A stretch of DNA of 62,119 nt, the filler included, from Barthelona sp. PAP020 (taxonomy: Eukaryota), in NCBI GenBank assembly GCA_040182905.1. It is 5 parts of 5 records of this genome, joined end to end, with 100 filler letters (N's around TTAATTAATTAA, not from the genome) between each part and the next. Parts side by side here need not be neighbours in the genome. Positions count along the whole stretch, not along the records: positions 49,938 to 62,119 come from JARQWU010000350.1; 4 more parts are not named here. One strand, 5' to 3'. Positions 54,761 through 62,119 of this stretch are shown here, piece after piece. A model generated the notes under the pieces. That model ran no database searches and was not told the DNA's origin. It saw only the letters and a list, made by a program, of their open reading frames with translations. How positions within the stretch are numbered: position 1 is the first letter of the stretch; the number at the start of each line of letters is the position of its first letter. The position numbers and the translations under genes are program-made.

Positions 54761-55939
54761 TTATTCAATCATATCATTACTTTCAACACTTTCATTTAAT
54801 CCTATTTCTTCTATCTGTTCTTTTTCTTCATTATCCACTTCCACTATTTTGTCAGTATTAAATTGAATTTCTGTTGATGCAACAATTATATTTGCTCCAT
54901 TCATGTTATCAATTGCTTTCATTTCATCATTGTCATTGTCATTATTAGAAAAAAAAGTATCAGAATCATCATCCAATTGAGTTCTGGCTTCAACAATTTC
55001 CATCATACTTTCAAAATTTTCTTCTTCTTCTTCTTCTTCTTTTTCTTCTTCTTTCATATCATCATCATCAAAAATAACATCTTCTTCAATTTTAAACGAG
55101 TTCAATAATCCAGATTCATCTTGATCAATCATTTCTTCATTTTCCATCATTTCAGGACTCTCAGCTCGCACCGGGAATGGGGTACAATTAGGTTTAGACC
55201 ACCAATTGCATTTAATTGACGTTAATTTGGAAAAAGCATCATAACAATTAAAGAAAGCATCATCCTCCAATCCAAAAATCTGCCAAAATGATTTAACATT
55301 CAATTGGGGATTGATATGCTCCAAAATATAGATAGGAAAAATGGTGATAGAGAAATTGCTCAATTTAATAGCTACACAAGCTAATTCAATGGGAGAATAA
55401 TCTAAACATTCTTTATGAGTATACATTTTCAACAGATTCATTTTAGAATTTGTATAAATTTCTTCAGAAATCTGTGAAAATTTTTTTTTCTTTGGATCTT
55501 CAAAAATGGAAAAGAATAATTCCAAATATTCAAATCCTAATTTAAAACTGACATCATAGTTCAATAATTCTCCAATATCATTTTCTTTTGTAACAATCTT
55601 TTTTAATAAAGAATTAGATTCCATGGAAAACAATTTTTTATTCTCCAACATATCTTGAACACGAATTTCAGGATTTCTAAACGATTCTAACAACAATATA
55701 GCATATTTAGATTTTAATTCAATGTGATTAATTACTTTTGCACTTAACCAAAGTAATGCAGTGCAAAAAGAATCAAAATCATTTTGGTTTCGCACAACAT
55801 ATGAGCTATTACAATTTTCTAATTCTCTTAAATACTTATAATACAAATAACAGGAATGTGCAATGACTTTTTCATTTAATTTGCAATGTCTACCAAATTT
55901 AAACATAAATTCTATATGTATATCATTCTTACATTCCAT
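54761..55939 (-). CDS. Cyclin-fold protein (transcription-type cyclin K/L/T-like) with acidic tail
   Basis: TALLWLSAKV, ENDIGELLNYDV, CLDYSPIELACVAI cyclin-box motifs. Confidence 0.75.
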   Translation of the reverse strand: MECKNDIHIEFMFKFGRHCKLNEKVIAHSCYLYYKYLRELENCNSSYVVRNQNDFDSFCTALLWLSAKVINHIELKSKYAILLLESFRNPEIRVQDMLENKKLFSMESNSLLKKIVTKENDIGELLNYDVSFKLGFEYLELFFSIFEDPKKKKFSQISEEIYTNSKMNLLKMYTHKECLDYSPIELACVAIKLSNFSITIFPIYILEHINPQLNVKSFWQIFGLEDDAFFNCYDAFSKLTSIKCNWWSKPNCTPFPVRAESPEMMENEEMIDQDESGLLNSFKIEEDVIFDDDDMKEEEKEEEEEEENFESMMEIVEARTQLDDDSDTFFSNNDNDNDEMKAIDNMNGANIIVASTEIQFNTDKIVEVDNEEKEQIEEIGLNESVESNDMIE

Positions 55940-56218
55940 TTTGTGATATTAAATTAAAAACTTAAAAAAAAAATTATTGAATTGAACTTTTCATATTTAT
56001 TTTCTTGCATGTGTCAAAAAACTATCTGTGAACTGAAGTTAAACTAATTTTTACAAATATTCATTAAAATGAACGGATTGTTGATTCTCTCTTTTATCGT
56101 TTTTCATTTCTTCACTTTAATTTACGGATCAAATTTTATGAACAAATATATTTTCAAAATTCAAGGGAATAAATGAAATACTGTTTTTTTTTTTGATTGA
56201 CATATTTTTTGATTGTCA

Positions 56219-58228
56219 ATGATCAATGACAACGAAATTCTGACTCCAGTAATTACAGGTGAGCATGATGAATCAACTAAAAATGTTTTAAATAAGATCA
56301 ATAATGGTGATGGATTAATATCAAATTTCTTCAAAGCTTTCACAAATATTCGGGAAAAAAATGAGATAGATCCTTATTTAGAAGAAATTTTGGATAATAT
56401 CAAAGAATTGCTCAGTGATCCTACTTCAAAATTGAGAAGAAGAATTGATTATTTGGTGAATAATTTTGAACAATATGTTGATAAATCTTTTGAACCAGAA
56501 CGTCAAAAATTACCCCAATATTTGTATAAAATTACAAAAGATGTTTGCAATGAAGAGAATGTCAAATCAGAATATATTTCAAAAGTTTATGTAATTATTG
56601 AACGTTTTATGTTTTCAAAAATTGTCGATCCTTTGAAAGAGATATGGGCTACTGAATTTGCTGCTGAAGAAATAGAATTAAAGCGTAAATGTGTTGCATT
56701 GGCCAACACAACCCAAGCAACTATTGGAATTAAAAAGAAATTTCAAGACAGTTCATTATACCCTTGGTCTGAGGCAGTTGCACAGCTTCGAACTGTTTCA
56801 ATTTGCACTTGTCCTTGGGATATGTTGACCAGCATTTTTCGTTGTGTTAACAAAGCATTTGAACTATTATCCGAACAAACAAAGGCTTCTGATAGTATTA
56901 TTGAAACAGATGACATTTTGCATGTTTTGATGTACATACTTGTGGCTTCTAATGTTCCAAATTTATGGTTTGACTTAATGATAACGTACGCATTCAATTA
57001 TTTGAATGATATGTCATCACAAATTACCTTGTATCTCATCCATGTCATCAGTGCTGGACAAACCCTTATTGAAATAGATGAGACTCAATTTTTACCATTA
57101 CATCATCCTTTATTGGAAGTTCCTATTCTTGTACCATATCTTTCATCATTGATGTCTCTTGAACTTGTACGTGCCCATGTTGAAACACTAACGTATAACA
57201 ATCGAGATGATGACGGTGAATTATACAGTGTTAATTCTTTAAAATTGCACGGATTTCGAGTGTATTTAGATACCAAATCGTTGCTTGATGTTACACAATT
57301 GTTGAAAGTATGTTTAGTAAAGACTGATGATCCCAATGACTTTGCATACCTATTTCCAGTGAGACTTACAGGTTTAAATAATGTTCAATGTAATATTTTG
57401 GACAAAATTATCAATAGAAACAAGATGAAAACCCATTTATCTGATCAAGGGTCTTTTAATTATTATGAAAAGAGCTTTATTGACTCTAAACCTCAATTTG
57501 AATATATAAAGATTGATATTGATAGTATTCAATTAGAAGGAATGGAAACGATTGTTGAAAGAGCATTTTCCAACATTGATTTGAAATATTTTGGATATGA
57601 AGACATTGATTTGTTGAAAGAAGTCAATTTTGAAGTATTTAAGGAGTTAAAAAGAACATTTTGCCCTTCTTATGATGAAATTAATGAGATTATCCCAAAT
57701 AAACTGATTTTTAAAAACATAAATCAAGTTTTTCTTAAAATTCAATTCATGTACAAGCTTTTAGGTCTTTTACCCTTTCCAATTTCATATGCTAAACATG
57801 TTGATGTTACCATTTTAAGAGCAATGAAATTGTTTGATGAAAATTTTAAATCGTTAATTGTTCATATTCCAATTAGTTCGTTGGATATGTTTGAGATTAC
57901 ACCTATTGATTTTGATTCTCATTTGTCTTTGGAATATGCCAAACAATTAAGAATATTGATCTTCATTCTTAGTTCCATGTTAACTATTTTAGGGCACTGC
58001 AAACATTTACCTTTTTTCAATTTGACACTTTTCAGACAGGAATTGAAAGCTTTTCAATTTTCTCAAAAATTCACAGAAACTGGTGTACTTGATATTAAAA
58101 CCAGTACAAGAATTGTTGAATTATTTAATGAAATGAATCAACCCAAATTTCCCCCATTTCCTGTTGGTTTTCATGATTTTTCTTTTGTTGAAGAATTACC
58201 CGTTTTTTCTGATATTTTATCTCAATAA
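56219..58228 (+). CDS. VPS9-domain (Rab5-type GEF) protein with STB6-like C-terminal half
   Basis: PWSEAVAQL...PWDML...ETDDILHVLMYILV VPS9 motifs; first ATG at 56219. Confidence 0.75.
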   Translation: MINDNEILTPVITGEHDESTKNVLNKINNGDGLISNFFKAFTNIREKNEIDPYLEEILDNIKELLSDPTSKLRRRIDYLVNNFEQYVDKSFEPERQKLPQYLYKITKDVCNEENVKSEYISKVYVIIERFMFSKIVDPLKEIWATEFAAEEIELKRKCVALANTTQATIGIKKKFQDSSLYPWSEAVAQLRTVSICTCPWDMLTSIFRCVNKAFELLSEQTKASDSIIETDDILHVLMYILVASNVPNLWFDLMITYAFNYLNDMSSQITLYLIHVISAGQTLIEIDETQFLPLHHPLLEVPILVPYLSSLMSLELVRAHVETLTYNNRDDDGELYSVNSLKLHGFRVYLDTKSLLDVTQLLKVCLVKTDDPNDFAYLFPVRLTGLNNVQCNILDKIINRNKMKTHLSDQGSFNYYEKSFIDSKPQFEYIKIDIDSIQLEGMETIVERAFSNIDLKYFGYEDIDLLKEVNFEVFKELKRTFCPSYDEINEIIPNKLIFKNINQVFLKIQFMYKLLGLLPFPISYAKHVDVTILRAMKLFDENFKSLIVHIPISSLDMFEITPIDFDSHLSLEYAKQLRILIFILSSMLTILGHCKHLPFFNLTLFRQELKAFQFSQKFTETGVLDIKTSTRIVELFNEMNQPKFPPFPVGFHDFSFVEELPVFSDILSQ

Positions 58229-58340
58229 CGTCCTGTTAATTTTTGATATTTGTTTATATTTACAAATATAGTTTATAAATAGCTACATTTTATTTGGATT
58301 TGCAAAAAAAAGACATTGATAATATTTTTTTTTCTTTGCG

Positions 58341-59342
58341 ATGAAATTTTTATTATTGACAATTTTATTGTACCAGACAATTTTTGCAAAATATTCATTT
58401 AAAAATTTTATTGATTTTGCAAATGAATCATTAATTTTTCCAAAAACCTCAACCGAAAAACATGTTTTAGGATATATTACTCCATGGCATGCAAATGGAT
58501 ATCAACTTGGACTAACTGGTGCCAATTATTTTTCACATTTATCACCTTGCTATTTTACTATTAACAATCAGTGTAAAATTTCTGGTTTAGATGTTGTTGA
58601 CAAAAATTGGTTGAAATTGGTAAAAGAAAAGAACCCAAATATCAAAATTGTTCCTCGAATCAGATTTGAAATCGAAACTTTTGATGAAAAATGTTTAATA
58701 AGCACTTTAAAAAAAATGAATAATATTACTAAAATTTATAATTTTGATGGATATGTTATTGATTTAGGAAATAAAATGTTAGAAGCTGTTAAATATGAAA
58801 ATGTGTTTGAAGTTTTGGATAAGATTCGGATTATATCAATCCCTGCTCCAAGAATGAAGCAAAATGTAAGTCCATGGTTAAAAATCATTAATTCAAATGT
58901 TTGGAATTTTGTACAACTATACTGTTATGATTATAATCCTGGTATCTCTAATGCACCAATTGAGTGGATTAATTTCTTAATCAAAACATTTGAAAATTTA
59001 GATAAGAATAAAATTTTCTTTGGGTTGAATTTTTATGGGTATGTTCGATCTGATGTTATCAATCCTAAACCATTGATTGGATCAGAAGTCATTCAAATGA
59101 TTGAAAATGGTGAAAGAAAGGGAAGAATTCTTTATTCAAAGAAATTAAAAGAACATAAGATGATTTTGAAAGTTTCTGATAATAAACCAACGTATACTAT
59201 TACTTATCCAACCAAATTATCCATTTGTGAAAGAGTTAAAGCCATACAAGAAGAAGCAGGTTTTGGAATTGCAATTTGGGAATTGGGTCAAGGTTTCCCC
59301 AGTTATGTTAACTTATTAGATTATGAACAATGTGCAGAATAA
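58341..59342 (+). CDS. Secreted GH18 chitinase-domain protein, CHID1-like (probably non-catalytic)
   Basis: Signal peptide; VLGYITPW, SNAPIEW, GLNFYG, GIAIWELGQG; FDGYVID lacks the catalytic DxDxE. Confidence 0.88.
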   Translation: MKFLLLTILLYQTIFAKYSFKNFIDFANESLIFPKTSTEKHVLGYITPWHANGYQLGLTGANYFSHLSPCYFTINNQCKISGLDVVDKNWLKLVKEKNPNIKIVPRIRFEIETFDEKCLISTLKKMNNITKIYNFDGYVIDLGNKMLEAVKYENVFEVLDKIRIISIPAPRMKQNVSPWLKIINSNVWNFVQLYCYDYNPGISNAPIEWINFLIKTFENLDKNKIFFGLNFYGYVRSDVINPKPLIGSEVIQMIENGERKGRILYSKKLKEHKMILKVSDNKPTYTITYPTKLSICERVKAIQEEAGFGIAIWELGQGFPSYVNLLDYEQCAE

Positions 59343-59505
59343 GTTGTGTTTTATTGATTTTGTGATAAAGAAGTTTAAATTTTTTTTTTTTTGTTGGTTG
59401 TGGAAGATTTTGTTCTTGTTTTGATCACACATTTTGACATTGCTTTTACCAATCTTAAAATAAAAATAAATTAACAAAAAACAATTTACAAACAATTAAA
59501 GATAC

Positions 59506-61095
59506 TCAATTTCTAGATAAGGGACTTATGTTATTTTTCTTCATGTAAGTCATAAATTGATCGGGAAATTCAGCTAACGTTTCTGAAGCTAACAATTCAG
59601 GATTTGCTGCAAATTTGTTGAATTCCACAAACTGCACAATATCATGTTCACAAGGTCTACCACTGCTATCTCTCAATATGCCATCATCACCATCTAAACC
59701 TTCCATTTGACTGAAATCCGCATTACCAACTCCAACAATAATAATAGCCATGGGTAAGGAAGATCCTCTCACAATAGCTTTCACAGTTTGATTCCAATCA
59801 TTCATTTGACCATCTGTAAGCAACAACAGCAATTGGAAAGCATCAGGAGAATGTTCAGCAGTGTCACAAACAGTATTGATCAATTGTGAAAACATTGTGG
59901 GACCATACAAAGCAACTGAATTAATGGAAGCTCTGTAAGCACCCAAAACTTCATGTAATCCATTATATTGAGGTTGAACATTACCATTATAGTAGTCTCC
60001 CAAAGGAAAACAATGTTGAACAGCACCTTGATTACCAGGCTTGCCACCAAATCCATAACAAGTAATCATTCCATCTCTATCGTAAGGACTTAATACAGAA
60101 CCTACTGAAGATAAAGCTTGCTCATAAGCTGTTACAGGAGCTTGAATATAATGCAATGAATTAGGATTTGTCGGTTCCAAATTCGATCCAGTCATATCAA
60201 TGGCAACAGTCAAATTGATATCATAACCAGATGTAATATATTCAATGAATGATGGAAAATGTTGATGACAAGCAGAAATTATCATAAAACCTGAATCTTT
60301 GTGTGTATGATCATTGTAAATAACATTTTCCATTGGATTACCACTATTTTGTAATAACTGACTCAAAACAACATCAAGACTGCCAATCAATTGGTGATCA
60401 CCACTCTTTTCATAAGACCAAACTTGAAATCTCAATAAAATTGATGCGTCACAATTACTTAATTGTCTGAAGTTAACATTCATTGAAAAATGAGGGTTTA
60501 GCTCCTTTTTAATATATTCTGTCTCAGCAACAGAATTTAAAACACCATTTTCTTGAACCCTACATATTCTAATAAATGGATGAGAAGTAGAAGAAAAAAA
60601 ACCTCGATCCATAGCTTCCAAATGTCTGCAACGGATATCAAAATTAACAGAATCGTTGGCGAAAAGTGATTCAGTCACTTCTTCTAATTGAATAGAAAGA
60701 GAGCCAATATTACCTTCCCTGTTTTTATTTATCAAACGCTCTTCATACAGTTGATTTGGAGAAATTAAAATTTCAGCTAAATTACATTGAACAGTACCAA
60801 TTAAATCATGACCTTCTAAATTCATAAGATTTTCATGGTCATCTACATCATACATCTCAAAAATTAAATCTTGAGGAAATTCAAAAAAATATTCAAGATA
60901 AAGAGGTGTAATAAAATCACCAGTCAAACGATCCATAATAACATCTGTGTATCCAATTAAACGTTTGACTTTGGAAATTGGCTCAATCATATAACCAACA
61001 CAAAATGGATCTGTTTTTGAGTTCAAATCAAGATTAATCAAATCTTTGTATCCAATATGTAAACAAACTTTTGAAGTTGCAACGTGATTATTCAT
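59506..61095 (-). CDS. Copine (two C2 domains + vWA)
   Basis: SKTDPF, VAIDMTGSN, SLHYI, LYGPTMF, LTDG, IIIVGVG, DIVQFV. Confidence 0.95.
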   Translation of the reverse strand: MNNHVATSKVCLHIGYKDLINLDLNSKTDPFCVGYMIEPISKVKRLIGYTDVIMDRLTGDFITPLYLEYFFEFPQDLIFEMYDVDDHENLMNLEGHDLIGTVQCNLAEILISPNQLYEERLINKNREGNIGSLSIQLEEVTESLFANDSVNFDIRCRHLEAMDRGFFSSTSHPFIRICRVQENGVLNSVAETEYIKKELNPHFSMNVNFRQLSNCDASILLRFQVWSYEKSGDHQLIGSLDVVLSQLLQNSGNPMENVIYNDHTHKDSGFMIISACHQHFPSFIEYITSGYDINLTVAIDMTGSNLEPTNPNSLHYIQAPVTAYEQALSSVGSVLSPYDRDGMITCYGFGGKPGNQGAVQHCFPLGDYYNGNVQPQYNGLHEVLGAYRASINSVALYGPTMFSQLINTVCDTAEHSPDAFQLLLLLTDGQMNDWNQTVKAIVRGSSLPMAIIIVGVGNADFSQMEGLDGDDGILRDSSGRPCEHDIVQFVEFNKFAANPELLASETLAEFPDQFMTYMKKNNISPLSRN

Positions 61096-61254
61096 TAATA
61101 GTATTTAAAAAAAAAATTATGAAAGGAATCTCCTCTTTTGCAGGATTGTATGCAAAATTTTTTATCCAAAAAGTTACCAATATAAAGATTTTGAAGACTA
61201 ATTAAATTGAACAAAAACAAAAAGAAAAACATAAAAAATTGATTGGTTTGTCAT

Positions 61255-62119
61255 TTACTGATTCATTGAGACACTATTCTTCAAAATTGTTTCAAAATTG
61301 GCCGCTTCATTCAATAAGGTATCTTTTATTTGATTATCAGCAGGCAAATTTGATAATTCAGTTGTTCTACCTTGTAGTAACATTAGTAATTGTTCTTTTG
61401 TAATTTCTTCTTCTTGATTGCTGAAAAATAACCTTTTAAAAAGAGCTAAATCCTTTGAAAACTGTTGAAATTCATTAAAAAGATCATCTGATAATTTATT
61501 TGTTGTGATTGAAATTGGATTTTCCAAAATTTGAATCCAGTTACTGGTAAACTTTTCTTTGGAAGCAGAAACAAAATCAATTTTGAATTGATGTTGTTCC
61601 TTATCAATTTCTACTATGTTTGGTTCAATATTCTCCTGAATAAACTTGGGAGGGTCCTCTAATGGACACAAATTTGATTTTTCAAGGGGAACAAAATTGC
61701 CAAGGTAATCCTTGTTGTCAAAATTATATTTTTGCAAACCAATTATATTATTCGTAACAGAAGGATCAGGAACATTTGTGTTTTCCAGTTTGTCATCAAA
61801 ACAATTTGACAAATCATCAAAATTTACCGAACGTACAGCTTCAATTAATTTAGAAGGTTCAGTGTTCTTTTTATGATGAGCTATTTTGTCTGTTCCATCG
61901 AGAAATTCTTGTTTACCAGGAAAATTCTGCATATAATGATTGTTTTGAGTAATTGGTAATTGTATTGTCTTTCCAATAATTTTATTACGCAACCTTGGTC
62001 TTTCATCTCTTCTTACTTGCATATTTGAACCATACAACATGTCTATATCATTAGATTCGGATATAGTTCGTGTTCTATCTGGTCTCATTGACCCTTGGTG
62101 TTGTTGTTGTTGTTGTTGT
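61255..62119 (-). CDS. Hypothetical protein, probably 5'-truncated, with poly-Gln at the window edge
   Basis: Frame stays open upstream of ATG 62088 through (CAA)n to the window end. Confidence 0.6.
   Translation of the reverse strand, partial: QQQQQQHQGSMRPDRTRTISESNDIDMLYGSNMQVRRDERPRLRNKIIGKTIQLPITQNNHYMQNFPGKQEFLDGTDKIAHHKKNTEPSKLIEAVRSVNFDDLSNCFDDKLENTNVPDPSVTNNIIGLQKYNFDNKDYLGNFVPLEKSNLCPLEDPPKFIQENIEPNIVEIDKEQHQFKIDFVSASKEKFTSNWIQILENPISITTNKLSDDLFNEFQQFSKDLALFKRLFFSNQEEEITKEQLLMLLQGRTTELSNLPADNQIKDTLLNEAANFETILKNSVSMNQ

Noticed and set aside
30281..59342. Amino-sugar/cyst-wall module (SIS protein, secreted repeat protein, GH18 protein)
   Set aside because: The three genes are on different contigs and CHID1-like proteins are widespread; no linkage evidence.

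Overview
AT-rich, gene-dense, intron-poor eukaryotic (protist) nuclear DNA, standard genetic code (TAA, TAG and TGA all end genes). The window is not contiguous: four identical 100-nt artificial spacers (44 N + TTAATTAATTAA + 44 N) join five ~12.2-12.5 kb contigs, so neighbourhoods across spacers mean nothing. There are about 33 protein genes or fragments: housekeeping (eIF1, UBC9, CCT5, CCT8, TAF7, MRT4, proteasome beta-2 fragment, YAK1-type kinase, copine, ABCB half-transporter, RNASEK-like, CHID1-like, HAUS1-like, FG-nucleoporin) and flagellar/basal-body types (PACRG, SF-assemblin, LRR-coiled-coil, dynein-light-chain-domain), implying a flagellate. I found three 37-40 nt GT-AG introns with a CTAAT branch point almost abutting the 3' AG. 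Best leads: a WD40 family with an unrecognised conserved C-terminal domain, a kinase + degenerate HECT fusion, a GFAT-derived SIS-only pseudoenzyme, UBC9 with a repeated C-terminal extension, a VPS9 + STB6-like fusion, a secreted charge-segregated repeat protein, and two dispersed repeats near contig ends. No rRNA, tRNA or CRISPR seen, and no single multi-gene novel system can be supported. All family calls are motif recognition by eye, not database searches.
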